A stretch of 63,787 bases of DNA, counting the filler, from Phoronis australis (lineage: Eukaryota > Animalia > Phoronida), in NCBI GenBank assembly GCA_002633005.1. It is 8 parts of 8 records of this genome, joined end to end, with 100 filler letters (N's around TTAATTAATTAA, not from the genome) between each part and the next. Parts side by side here need not be neighbours in the genome. Positions count along the whole stretch, not along the records: positions 1 to 29,905 come from NMRA01000898.1; 7 more parts are not named here. The stretch is one strand, 5' to 3'. The position numbers and the translations under genes are program-made. Below are positions 12,912 through 25,821 of this stretch, one piece after another. The notes beneath the pieces are model-generated. The model saw only the letters and a program-made list of their open reading frames with translations, did not search any database and had not been told where the DNA came from. How positions within the stretch are numbered: the stretch's first letter is position 1; every line of letters begins with the position of its first letter.

Positions 12912-15500
12912 ATGCCACGCCCAAAAAAGTCTAAGGCTGAAATGCTGCGAGAGCAAATAAAAAGTGACCCCAAAACATCAAGCTTATTTGAAAAAGAAAA
13001 GGGTAAGGTACCAGCAACGAAAATAACAGGATAAAATAAAAACCATACATGAGATGAACGACAGAGAGCAGAGACAGCTACGACGTAAGTGGAAGAAGGA
13101 GCAGAGGAGAAGAAGGAAGGCGCAACAACCTGCAATAAACACTTGCACACCCCATACAGAAATACCCCTGAGACCACTCCCAATCATCAGAGAAGACAAT
13201 TAACAGCTGGACGTAGAAAGGTTAAACGTATCGACAGAATATCTTACAGAACAATAGAGAAACAGAAAGCACTGATAAAAAGTATGAGAACAAAATAAAA
13301 CGACTCCAGCGACAAATGAAGAAATCAGACTCAGCAGCAGTTTTATCCACAAATTCCCGTGCATCAAAAGCTACAGCTGCTCTTATTCGTTCAGGAAACG
13401 AAAATAAAATTAGGAAGGAGCTGACTTTCGCCAATGCAATGAACGAAGATTTCAAGAGAAAACTAAAAGAAACGAAAAAGCAAAAATACAAGCATGTCTT
13501 GCATAGCATAGTGGTAGGGCCAATCCTGAAAAAATACAAGCTGGTCGGCAAAACAAAATTACAATTAAGCCTCTCCAAGGTATGCGTGCGAAAAGCCCAC
13601 ACGGAGCATTGTAGGAAGAAGAGAGATGTCCTTGGGATGACCAGTTACAATGTAAGACAGTTTTTCTTAAGAGATGAAGTTAGCACACCATCAGCAGGGA
13701 AAAAAAGAAACGATCACAAAATCTGGGGACAAGCGGCAATAGCGGTTTTTATGCGACACCCTTCAGAACCTGTACAAGAAGTTTAAGATTGATTACCCCC
13801 ACACCAAAGCTTTCGTACACTACGTTCACCCGACTGCGGCCCTTCTATTGCGTTCCACGATCTGTTGAGAAGCGAGACACAGTGAAATGCAAACCGCATT
13901 ATAATGTAGAGCTCAAAGCAATTAAACTTCATGGATGCGGTTCCATTGCTTCTCCCAATATAACTAACCTATTCACAAGCGTGTTGTGCTCCACAAAAAC
14001 CAAAAGTGTATGTTTGGTGAATGCGATTCGTGTATGAAGATGAACATTCACAAAGATGTAACTCTCAATTCATCATTGAATGAGGTAACTTACAGCTAAT
14101 GGTGTACAGTCACAGTCACTTAACAGACCATGAAAGGAACCAAAGAAATTTTAGCTTATGGGTCACTTTTTAAAGTGACCAATAAGTTAGAAAAACGAAA
14201 GAACATTCGAGAGTTATGTAAGATTTTTGAGGATGACCTGAAAATTATGCAACATGAGTATAGAATTTTCCACCAATTTCGTGAAACACGACAGCTCAAA
14301 GACAACATCAAGGATAACGAATGTACTACAGATCGACTTCAGTGAAAACTACTCTTGCAAAGCTGCAACTGAAGTTCAGTCAATGCATTTTGGCTCTAGC
14401 CGAAATTAGGTAACCTTAAATACATGCCACAGTACCACCTTGGAAGGAGAAAAAGTTTCAACTCAGTGTTATTGCACTGTCAGTCCTGATAGCAGACATT
14501 CATCCATTGCAGTATGGGCGCATCTACATTGTCAGAGTGGTAAAGATGTTCTACACATCATATCAGACGGTCCAAGTAGCAAGGATAAAAACAGCACCAA
14601 TTTTCAACTTGCATCAACCTATCCATTCAGACAGTTTGGATTCACTTACGTCACTTGGAACTTCTTAGAAAGCTCCCATGGCACGGGACCTGCTGACGGC
14701 AGTCAAAAGTGCTGCAGACAGACTTGTTGCCTCTGGCAATGACATTATGGATTCCCATGCTTTGTTCAAGGCTCTGGTTGGTGCGATCAAGGTCAAATTG
14801 TATGAAATAGAAGGCAGTGAAATTGATGCCATTCAGAAAGTCACCACAGATTTTGACACTCAAACAGTGAAACGCATCAGGGGCATCCATCAGATTTTGA
14901 TCCACGAGCAAAGCATCATTCATCATCGCACTTTGTCATGCTTTTGTGGTTCAAAGTGCCACAATCTGGCAAAAGTTGTGTTTAGTCATGCTTCATCAAC
15001 GAGCGAAACTTCCAACACACTGACCACAATAGAAAGACGATTAAATGCGAAACAACTTTCGCTGTTTCAACGAAGACTGGCTGAAGGTTATGACGTAACC
15101 TACACTGACCTCTCTGTGCTGAATGAGGATAAACGTCAGGAGTACCTGCTTTGGAGGACTAGGCGAGCAGTTAAACTACAAGACAAAACGAAGATGGGTG
15201 ACGCAGAAAGTACGGAGGATGACAGAGGCAGTGCGGAGGGAGATGAAGACAGTTCAAGCAGTGATGAAGACCAGGAATGGCAGCCACCAAACCACGAGCA
15301 ATCTAAGAAGAAAATGAACACGGGTAGTTTCTATGCCGTGTATTTTATCAGAAGGAAGAAAAGGGTGTTTTATGTTGGTAAGCTGGTCAAACCAGATGAA
15401 TGTGAGCAATCTACCGCAAGGATGAAGTTTCTGGAGCGTGAATGGAATACATAGGTATTCTTGGCCCTTGAGAAAAGACATATGTGACATCAGCAAGTCT
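12912..15500 (+). pseudogene. Sola2-type transposase pseudogene
   Basis: Across frames: MPRPKKS start; LSYTTFTRLRPFY; CKPHYN; QIDFSENY-EVQSMHF; IAVWAHL; IISDGPSS; TWNFLESSHGTGPADG; AVKSAADRLV; RTLSCFC; C-terminal YAVYF...FYVGK. Multiple stops and frameshifts. Confidence 0.8.
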
Positions 15501-16329
15501 CCTGTTGTTACTGAAGTTGAGTTCAGCCAAGACAATCCACCTTCTCATCTCGATAGTCACACTGAAGCGGCTATTATACTCGTCTTTTCCTCGTGGACCT
15601 GCGGCTGTGAAAGCAGTGGAATGCACTAACTCAGTAACCCGCTAGAAATCAGTGCCTCATAGTTGTGTTTGTTCGAAACGTTAGATGGAATTGTAGTTGA
15701 CATTATAAGTAATTCTTTTTCTTAATGTTAGAATGGATTGTAGTAGTTGGTATTTTAATGGCATTAAATAAGTGCATGAATTTGACTTAAAAATAAAAAT
15801 CCATAATTGTCTATTCCGTTGCTATGTTATCTTAACCGTTCCCATGGTCAAGGTAAAGACGTAGCCTCTAAATTTATAATTAGCATACCTGCCAGGTAAA
15901 TAGATGGTATGTGTGCAAATTTGTTGTGGTTAATTCAAAACAGATGATGATCATTTCTGGAGCTTCTTGAGTGAATAAAAAGCATTTTTAATCATTTGTT
16001 GTCATTACCATTACTGGCCACTTTATGTGAAAACGATGATATCATCTCTGATATTTCAGTCGTCAATTAATTCAGTGAAACCAGTTTGTAGACTGTTGCA
16101 TGATAAATTTGCATAATTTATGCAAATAATTACAAAGGCCCATTAGTGCCGGGAAAAAATAAAAAATGAGTCTGCCAATCCGTAATTTATGAATTGCCAA
16201 TCTTTTATATGCATATGTTTCCTTTGAAGCCTGGGAGATAATGGGGCTATTCGAAAAATCTACAATAACTAGAGGGCGCGCGTGTACTAGTGGTGATAGA
16301 TTAACAGCCTCGATTTCGCGAGCCCTTTA

Positions 16330-19300
16330 AATACATGGTGAAATGGCTTGCAGCCGTGCCAACTGAATCTGAGATTGCGTGAAAAGGGTGCTTCTATGAG
16401 AGGAAGTAAGCACGACCTTATACAAAGGTAACGTTTGTGATTATTTTAACGATTATTCCATGGTTATTCTACCGATGGCTGTTAACTGAGGTACTCGCCG
16501 ATGTCGACTTCGCGGCAGTCGCGAGTCGGGTTAATCTTTGTTTGTTGTGACACGATACTTCACGTAGCAATCGGGATCTTTTCGTACATCAAAGCATTAT
16601 TATTGTTTGGAATGATTTCTAGCAGTTTATCAGTGACAGTTACATCAATCAATGCTGAATGCGGGGTACATGACAAATGTCCATTGCATTAGACTATTTG
16701 TTTACGCCCTATCATATGTCTTCTGGAAATCAATTATACATTGAAATGGAAATCTATCACGTCTGTTTTCACATAATCTTTGGTTTTTAGGTTTGAGGGC
16801 TTGTACCGTGCAGAGGAGATATGCATCGCTTCTGCACCGTCCCTGAATGGACAAAAACTGGTTTTTAGCATTTGATTGCAGCTAACCAACAAGATCTTCC
16901 CATCCAGTGCAGATATTTTGTCAAAGCCTACTTTCAATATTGGAGGCAACGAACAAAGCTTTTGAAAAGGAACAGCTATTTTTAAAAAAAGGTATGTAAG
17001 TCATTTTGTTAATTTACTTATTCAGGTTTTTAGCGGGGGATTGGCATGGGGGTTGGGGTTGTTATATTTGGTACAACTGAATGTGTGGAAATAACAGGTA
17101 ATGCATGTTTGGGGAAAAGAGCATGGTGAGGTAATTCTTAACCTCCATTAAGTCCCTTCAAGTTGATTTCTTGAAACTGTTTTGCTACTTGTATCAATTG
17201 TAAACCCATGAAAATCTATTACATTTTCTGAATTCACAGTCACTGAATAGTTTTAACTCATGCCTTGAAATGTTGCAAGTCGTTATAAATTCAAATGACT
17301 GCTATTTTTGTGAAAATTGCATTTTTGATGGTGCCTTACGATTTGTAATTACTCTTAAACAATAGAAAGATTAATCATCATTTTTAAATGACCCAAGTCT
17401 TCATATCTTCTAATAGAAGAAAAATTAAGAGTCTGAGAAACGGTTCCCTAAATCTTAGACTAGAAGTATTTTTGACCGACCCATGAACATGTAATCGGAG
17501 TTTAAAATTGCTGAAAGTATCAAAATTAAAAAGGCTTGAAAATGGGTAACAAAGGTTTGAAATTGTCTCAAAAAACTTGTATATTTTGCCGACAAGTGAT
17601 GCGTTTAAAGAATTGTTATGGCTAGGAATAAAAAATAAAGACACAGTTTTATGCAATACTTATTATATACACCCTTGGTTTCTGAACATAGTAATTATTT
17701 AATTTTATGTGAAACAGTAGAGCAGTCACCATATATTTTTGAAAAACAGGGATAACATTTTTGACCCAATCTGGAGTACTTAATTATTCATATTTCAATG
17801 TTTGTTCCAGGTTCAGTGATAAATTAAAGACACTTCAAGCTGTATCATAGACAAGCTTTGCTACTCCGTTCTCTTCCCACAGCACTTCCACACACCAGTA
17901 GTGCTGCATGGCACAATGTACAAGTCAGTGGCCCTGGAGAAATGTGAATCGCAGTACTAAGTTACCATAAGACAATGAGCCAGTGGACTGTCTGTGTATT
18001 CAGACGAACTATATCTGACTGCTACACAAGTAAGCCTTGTTGGTGAGGATACCCTTTCATAGGCAATGAGTCATGTGTGGACAATCGCTTATTTCCTTTC
18101 CTGGAAGAAACATGAGGGACTGAAGCTAAAGAAGACCTAGTGACACTCTGGTCTACTTCAAGGGTCTGATTTTGGGCTCAAAACGATTCAAGTGATATGC
18201 TGATGTGTTTACCTTCAAGGGTCTAATTGTGGATGTTACTGAGGCTGAATGAAGTTACATGAAAGAAAGCCACATGTCGAAACTGGATCTTTTTTACAAG
18301 CGCTTCTATAGGCCATTGAAACTAGATCCCAATGAAATGAAAGCCAAAAGCTGAGTGAATAAATTTTCCTTTAAGACGAAAGGCTTTATACTATTGGTAA
18401 AGCCTTTTCAATTTGGCTGTTGGTTTCAGTTGTTTTATCTCACTTGTAACAGAAAAGTCGGAGAAATATTAGCAAATTGTGAATTTTTGTCTTAATCAAT
18501 ATTTTTCATCCAAACTGTTAAGAATAAAAATGTTATCTATCATTGTATGCTTCTCTCAGATTGTTCTTCTGCCAGTAATTTATTTTCATACACCCAGGAT
18601 GTTAAGTACAAACAGAACATTGAGCAGTGTAATACCTCTGTAGTTCCTACGTATAGCATCGGATGCATTACCAGTTGAATAAGGATAATAGTATGACAGT
18701 AAGCAGTTTTAAAAAAGGTCTTCTGAGTAGACCTTTAATCTTGCACATCCAAAATTTATAGAATGCTAGTAAAATTCCGCCTACGCATCCTTTAATCCGA
18801 ATCAACGATATCTTCTTCGGCAATATCTCTATTAAGGTTATGTAGGGCCCTATAAATGGCCAAATTTGGCTGACTTCGGGACATCATATCGATGAGGTAC
18901 TACATAACCGTAAATATTCTCAAATTCTTAATTTTCTTGTATAGTTCGCAACCTCATAATCAAAAGCATGATCCAACACCTCGAGATCAACGTTGAGCAC
19001 TAAACAGAAATAGCTAATCCACTCGTCCCTTTATATATTGCTTCTAAGATTTTTTTTGCTTTGATTTATATGTCTCACATAACAAATATGTTGTCATCAT
19101 GGATTAGACGTTTAACACAATACAATGCATTCTCAAATTTTCAATAGCTGGTCCATATTCTTTGTCTCGTTAAAAACAGGTCTCTTCACATACAACAAAA
19201 TGTATGTTGGTAACCTAATTCGTTTGCTGGACTATTCTTCACTAAAATGCCTACACCACCAGATGTTTATGAAACTTGCGTTTTGCGTCTATTACAAAAA

Positions 19301-19540
19301 TACTGTATAATTTGGAAACAACCCTTCAAATTATCTTTCATATTTTTGAAGCGTTTTAACAAAACCTATTATACGGTTTTTCTATTTCTGTGCGTACTTC
19401 ATTTCTGTTGATTTTAATCTGTGCTGTAGCACTTCAAAGGTTCGCTTTGGGCCTCGGCCTAAACTCTATTTACTGTAGTTGCCCATTTTTCTAATGAAGT
19501 CAATTTTCTCGTCATACCTGTAGGATTCATTGATGACGAC
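16330..19540. mobile_element. Highly decayed ISL2EU-like (PIF/Harbinger-related) element: intron-containing SAP-SWIM gene (+) converging on a transposase remnant (-)
   Basis: SAP-like QLNLRLREKGASMRGSKHDLIQR followed by GTAAC donor at about 16428; acceptors at about 16790 and 17810; YTSKPCW motif at about 18025; weak LRCIV-type transposase traces on minus at about 18650-19300. Termini not found. Confidence 0.45.
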
Positions 19541-20061
19541 GTCGCCAAAATATTTTGGCCTACTTCTCTTTCTTTATCTCACTCAGCATGATCTCACGCA
19601 CTAGTTCTGACAAATCCTCAATTATGGTGTTGACCAGGACCACATAGAGACCTTATCCCAAAGGGCTAATCTAGTTCAAACACGTACTATATACAAAATT
19701 AAGTAAAATGTAACATCGTATCATATTATGTTTTTTTCTGTTACCAATCTACAAGCCATTTTGATTGCAATTTTTACCTTGGTCGCTGAAAGTCAGAAAC
19801 TCATCTATAATTCCGTCTGTTTCCACGACCTGAGTTCTTAATACGTCAGTACATGAATGATTCCTGAATGCCGGGCACATATTGTTACCACCTGAGCGTA
19901 AACTCGCTGCCACTTTGTTTGCTTGTTTTTGATTCACGATATTTCATACGGATGTGATTGTCTATTATCCAAATGTTTAGCTCTTGTACTTCATGTATTA
20001 AAAGTTGAAGCTGTGCCGAATACGTCGCATCACCCGCAAGTAGCACCAATTGCCCTAATTG

Positions 20062-22119
20062 ACCAATCGCCAGGATTATGACGGACGGCTTAATTGACCA
20101 ATCAGAACGCAGCATTCTTGGCACACCTTCGTCTGCGTTTCCAAGCCGCCATTTTATCCGACAAACCACACGCAGTCGAGAAAAACTTATTTTAGTCTAT
20201 AGCTCAAGAAATTGTCCGCTAAGAATGGGGAAACGGTGTCGACATGACGTGTGTAGCCCCGACAGCCGTTATGCTGCTCCAGAATAATATCCCGTCATTT
20301 TTGGCATGTCCAAAGCAGAAAAATGATGTTGAAAAGCGTAAACTATGGATCAAACTTTAGGGCCACACGAGCAGCTGAACTTAGCGATATTGCTTGATAA
20401 CTCGAAGGCTACAATAAACACAAATATATTAGTTCCTAGATACGCACTTTTCAGCTTGGTGGCTATGGTGCAGGGCTATCTCAGATTTTGACTCCCGAGT
20501 TGGCTACGTCTGGCCGCTTTTGTCTCGGCACCTGCTGGATCTCAGCACTCTAGCGGTACTGAGTCCCGGGAAATTGTTGTTTTCAAGGACATTTTTATTT
20601 TATTTATTTCAACCTAATGGACATTATTTTGTTTCGTATCAGAGGTACATTTTTGTTATTCATAAACCGTAAGCTGGCGTTCAACTGAACTTCTCTCCCG
20701 GTCAAAATTCAGAGATTCGATCGGCACAGGGAAGGGCACTGGATTACTGCCGAACTCAAAGCCTTGGTCGAGCTGTTGTCACTAAAAATAAATTGTTGAA
20801 TTACTTTTTGACGTGTACCCCTAGTATACACTATGTCTGTAGAGTTAGAGAGAGCTCATTTTAGAGTGGTTCAAACATGATATTTAGAAGCTTTAAAAAA
20901 GAATTTTGTAAATACCCTATTTTTGCAACTACCACACCAGACTTGTAATCTTTTGTAACCATACCACGACTTAGTGATCCATACTACCTTCAAAATTACA
21001 TGAAAGCTAACTATATGGAATGAAACTACAAAAAATGCCAAGTACATAAGAAGGTAGGCCTAATTTAAATGTCTTAATGATGCAAATTCCATAGGCGGAT
21101 TTAGGGGAGGATGGCAGAGGCCCCAGACCTCCCCCCTTGGTTGCCGCAAGCAAAATGAAACAGCAAAAGCGTGAGGAATTATTGAGTTCAGTAACTAGGA
21201 CCTGTAGCGGAAGAGGAGGGGGGGGGGCTCAGACCCCAGATCGCGGTGGAATCGTGTTCCTGTTTTTTTTAGTCCACCGATAGATTTTCTGAAGAAAAGG
21301 TCCAACGGTCTACATCCCTGGCCCCTGCAACTTTCGGGCCGCCTGTGCACATACAATCGCACTTTGCCCAATTCCACGAGGCAACATGTGTTGGGCCCCC
21401 CTGTGGTATCCTAGATCCGCCACTGAAATCCAGACATTAATTTTACTGAGACACAGCCCTATACATGTACCTAGGCTACCGGAGCTAACTGTTTGTCCAG
21501 GACGAGATGAGTGTGTACCTGAGCTATGAACCTGAATTTTTTTATCAAAATATTTCGTGACAAGATAAGAAAAGCTATCGAGTCGATCTAGTCAGAGACT
21601 ATAGTGCATGTGTTGTCTGTAATCTATGACCTACTTTACTCCAGGAGTCCCACCAGTTGTGACCTACTTTTCATTTGGCGAAATTTAGCAGACGACAGAA
21701 TAAAAATATCGGTGAATCTTCACTGATTTTATTCGAAAGGTCATGAAATCTATGGAATCGTACAGATAATTGGACTTTAAGGTACATATCCAGCTTTACA
21801 TGAACATATCGTATCAGTGGCCTTGTCATTTGTCAGGTGAAGGTAGCCCCGAGGCCGAGGGGTTCTTCGGATTTTCTCTGGCTTCTCGAGCACTTATTTT
21901 TTCATCGTCACCTTTACAAATTCCCATATCATGAGCGTACGATTCACTGTTGAAAAGCATCGCCTCTTGTCTCTGTCGACGCGTTTTCAAATAGTGCAAA
22001 AACACTCACCGATTCCACCAGGAACGTCGTTTAGCGACAGTGTATTTGCCTCCGACAGCTCGTTCGAATGTCGGGTATCACGTGACTTTTCGCATAGGGG
22101 CGGAGCTTGCGATAGGTCA
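20062..22119 (+). mobile_element. Non-autonomous ISL2EU-like element with THAP remnant
   Basis: Termini AT|TGACCAATCGC ... GCGATAGGTCA|AT; absent at the matching site in copy 1 (about 7100-7110); THAP-like MGKRC..VCS.DSRY...PKQKNDVEKRKLWIKL..HEQLN at 20224-20450; another copy of the left 800 bp lies inverted at 40597-41400. Confidence 0.72.
21090..21425. mobile_element. hAT-type MITE nested in the previous element
   Basis: CATAGGCGGATTTAGG ... CCTAGATCCGCCACTG inverted termini with G/C runs; TSD imperfect. Confidence 0.6.
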
Positions 22120-22354
22120 ATTGCGAAATCTTCGCCAAATTTCAACAATGACACACACTATGATAATAAATTAGAGGCAAAGCATTCTAGATTGGCAAGT
22201 GTCTTCTCTTTTTCGCCACACCGTGGAGCTAATGCAAAGTATCCGAGGCTGCAGCCAGCGCACTTCTTACTTCGGCAAATCGGCCACGGTTCAGCGGGCC
22301 TTTCAAAATGCAAAACGGTAGGAAAATCCATATAAAGTGATACAACAAAACTAA

Positions 22355-22572
22355 AACAGCTTATTATTTAAAATGACTTATTCTTATTAAAATGACATAA
22401 GCAAAAACTTGAATTTCAGGCCTCAAAAGCGAGGATCCCTATATTAATATAGTGGGCCTCAAAGAGAGGGGCTATCTATATTAATATAGGTGATTCGCTT
22501 CTGAGGTACGAAATTCAATTTTTTGCATATGTCATTTTAATAAGAATAAGTCATTTTAAGTAATAAGCTGTT
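22355..22572. mobile_element. Foldback MITE (about 220 bp)
   Basis: About 75-bp inverted arms AACAGCTTATTATTTAAAATGACTTATTCTTATTAAAATGACAT...; absent from paralogous copy 1 at about 7320. Confidence 0.85.
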
Positions 22573-24840
22573 AACATTATTTTCGATCTCAAATAGTGAG
22601 CTCGTCACCTGAATTGTATTTACTCGAACATGTGCTTGATTTTTGCCTGCAAGCCACCACCAGACGTTTCCATCAGATTTGCCATTCTTCACTTCGTTGC
22701 GAAAGATCATCACTTGCTATGAATTGGGCTTTAATTTCAATTATCAAACAAAACATATTTCAAAACTTGAGAAAAGGTTACATCAAATACCGCAGTTGTC
22801 AAAAATTAAAAGTCCTTTAATTTATTTGACGAAAACGCAAACTGACCAAAAGCTGGCGCTCAACGAGGAGCAGTGTACTGAACTGTAGATTATGCAAAAA
22901 TGTCAGCGATGAGATGTTATTCTAGTGTTAGGAGCACCACGCAGCATTTTTAAAAAATCTGTTGGACACACGAATTAAGCTAGTCAAGAGTTCATTCCGC
23001 GCAGAGACGTGTTCTCCGGAGCTCGGCGGCAGCCCGTAGTAGCGTATGTGGATGCAGTTGGCCGAATAAAAAGGGTTCCTTATATCTTCAAGTCATTAAT
23101 ACTAATACTATAATATCTGTCAACATATCGAGTTTTCTTTCTGAAGTTATTTCTCCAGCAGTTGGTATTCTAAGAAATACACGCCGTTGTTCATGCTGGA
23201 AGTTGGCCGCCTAGCCGAGACGCCGGATACGATGCGGTTGGAGAATTGCTTTCCAGTTCTGTGGAAATTTCAAGGTTTTATGAGTCACTTGATAACAGTT
23301 TGCTTGTCATAACCATAGACAATAATGGGTTATTTTTGCCTGCTAAAGCAGCCGTTGGTCTTTGCTCGGGCCGGTCACGGGCTTTCGCAGCCGAATAAAG
23401 GTGGTTTCTTAGTTTCTTCCTGTTGAAATTTATTTTCATATTATTTTTCGCCAGTTGTCGGAACACCCTTACTGTAAAGCAATTTTACGTAATATGTTGA
23501 TATTGCTGGTTCATTGTTATGCTTACCCAAGTTAATTACTCGAAGTCAAACACACTTAGCTCAGTCGAATAGATGGCCTTCTTTCTTGTTAATCAATGGT
23601 TCCTGAACTGAATTCCTCTTCCGACTTAGCGGCAAATCTAAAATGGTAGAATACTACTCGGCCACAGATCGTGACAAATGAGGATTTTTATGAATTTTTC
23701 GCCTACAGATTTCGTTAAGATTACCCCGTTGTAGTGCAATTAACACCGTTGAAATCACGTGCAAAATGTCTTATTGAAGACATGAAATCCAAAATGAAAT
23801 ATACCTTTTTAAACTATGACAGCAAATAGTTTTAATCTAGTTCAGGGTAAGCATAAAATCTACCTTGTCTCGGGTAGAACTCTCTCTCTCTCGTGGAGCA
23901 CCTCTGTTTACTGCGGCAACGCTGATAGCTTTCAAATAATACTGACTAAACACCACTGTACAGGTTAGTCCCCTGGACATTTTCGTGGAATTGATGCACT
24001 TTCAGTTTTAAAGCAAAACCACAATACTTCACTAGTTTCCAGGTCGCACACATAAGGCGTGCAAGAAAATTAACAGCAGCTCATCAACTAAGTCAGTGCG
24101 TCCCTTTTTTTGCATGCACAATTAGTTACTTAGACAAATTTTAATGTTTCGAAGTTTCCGACTGCGTTGTCATACTTATTCTCACAGTGCAGAAAATTTG
24201 AAATACTATAATAACCTCTTTGTATATTGATGTTTGTTATTCCTTTTGTTGGTACGTTCCCAAGGCACGTATGGAGAAAAAACAAGTCAGTTTTATTATG
24301 GTCACCGATTAAATAGAACTTAATCTATGAGAGAGTGTAATAAGATAGCGTCACTCCCCTTGAAAAGAGAAACAGCTTAATTGTTGCCTATTTAAACTTG
24401 AAAACCACGTACGCTTTAATGGCATAAATGACCTATTCTTCTGTTAAACAACTGATGCAATAAGCGAGTTATTGCATGAATTTCGCAACTAAAGATGGAG
24501 CTAAATGTTTGCACAATGTCTCGTGTTAGTCTAGTAGCCACTTAAAGGGTCCCCATAGGGATCTATAAAGTCTTGATAGTACAACGGTTTCTTGTTTGTT
24601 AGCTGTTAAGGTGGCCCCCTGAAGCATTTCACCTGGGTTGTAATCTTGTAAACCTACATATGCAAATTAAGGACGACACTGTGCAAAATTCTCCTTTTGC
24701 TTATAACTTCCTTACCTAAAGCCCCCTCAGCCCCCCCCTGTGGTGCAGCGCCTGTAGACCATGTGCGGCGCAGCATTGAAAAAAGTGGGCGCCGCCCATG
24801 CTTATACACGTTGTGCCAGACGTGCGCAGGCCGCTCATGA

Positions 24841-25821
24841 GGGCCTGTTGCACTGATCACCTGGAACCATTTCTATGCTTTATTAGTCTGCAGTTGAAAC
24901 CGAGCTGAGAAGCTATAGACTGGACTCAATGGCCAAGCAGTGTTCGCCACTGAGACTTGAACCCACGACCTGGACTAAAGGAAGCGGGCACAAATTGCCT
25001 CCTACGTTTCCAAGGTCAGTGAATTCCATTGAGCTAATTTACAGGTGGATAAATTTGAATTTGCATAATTTATGCAAATTAAGGTCCCCATTATTTAAAA
25101 CCTTCTTGTGCTTATAGTTAGCATAAAAATCACCATATATTCTCTGATATTTCAGTCGTCATTTAATTCAGTTAAAACAGTTTGTAGGCTGTTGCATAAT
25201 AAATTTGCAAACAATTACAAAAACAAACAAACAAATAAGTACACCATTCATTCACGCATGCACACCTCAGGAAGACCATTCTCATATCTCGTTTAAAGTA
25301 AATATCTACATGAAGTTAACATGAACAATATATTTTCCCATTTTGCAGAGAAGCTGTCATGTACAAAGTTTTTATGTGCATTTAATTTTTCAGCATTATA
25401 GTATTCATAAGTTTTTGTAACGAACTTGAGAAAATTAGGTATATTTTTGTGACATCTCTCCTTGTAAATGTACTGTTTAGCTAGTAGAACCAAAATGTTT
25501 AATAGAAAATCATGCGTCTTGTAAAGTCCAAGAATAACAATATCGTAAGACAGACAGTTGGGAAGCTGAATGCCACACTTTTGAAGTAGCTTTCCGAATT
25601 CCTTCCAGAAATCTTGTACAAAGCTACATTCCCAAAAAAGGTGTGACAACGTCTCTGGAGCTTTATTACAAAAGGAACATAGATCAGAATCCCTAACACA
25701 TATTTTGACTAAAAAGGTATTTGTTGCAATAATTCTATGTAGTATTGGAACCATCTAATACAGGGATCCTTTGTAATTTTGTAAGGTAAAGCATAATTTA
25801 TGTAAATAATTACACAGGCCC
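24841..25821 (+). mobile_element. Internally deleted derivative of the Sola2-like element
   Basis: Left end matches 9446-9710 and joins at about 25135 directly to sequence matching 16045-16141; termini GGGCCTGT / ACAGGCCC. Confidence 0.75.
25225..25790 (-). mobile_element. 5'-truncated L1/Tx1-like LINE (zf-RVT C-terminus)
   Basis: ILHRIIATN.FL......LCSFC...ETLSHLFWEC..VQDFW...LLAKQYIYK; approximate duplication of the GCATAATTTATG(C/T)AAATAATTACA target region on both sides. Confidence 0.85.

Larger units (their letters stand above)
9446..16141 (+). mobile_element. Degenerate DDE DNA transposon, Sola2-like
   Basis: Short imperfect GGG(C/T)C termini with ATGA/ATTA 4-bp flanks; subterminal repeats TGTCTTTACCGTTAC in both orientations near both ends; ATTTGCATAATTTATGCAAAT near both ends; transposase pseudogene inside. 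Boundaries are less certain than the content. Confidence 0.65.
6955..16185 (+). repeat. Segmental duplication, copy 1 (paralogous to about 19880-25865)
   Basis: Colinear similarity: 6961 TACCACCTGAGCGTAAA = 19886; about 7110-9710 = 22125-25130; about 16045-16185 = 25140-25220 plus 25790-25865. Confidence 0.92.

Noticed and set aside
14678-15454. 258-aa ORF as a host gene
   Set aside because: It is the C-terminal fragment of the frameshifted transposase.
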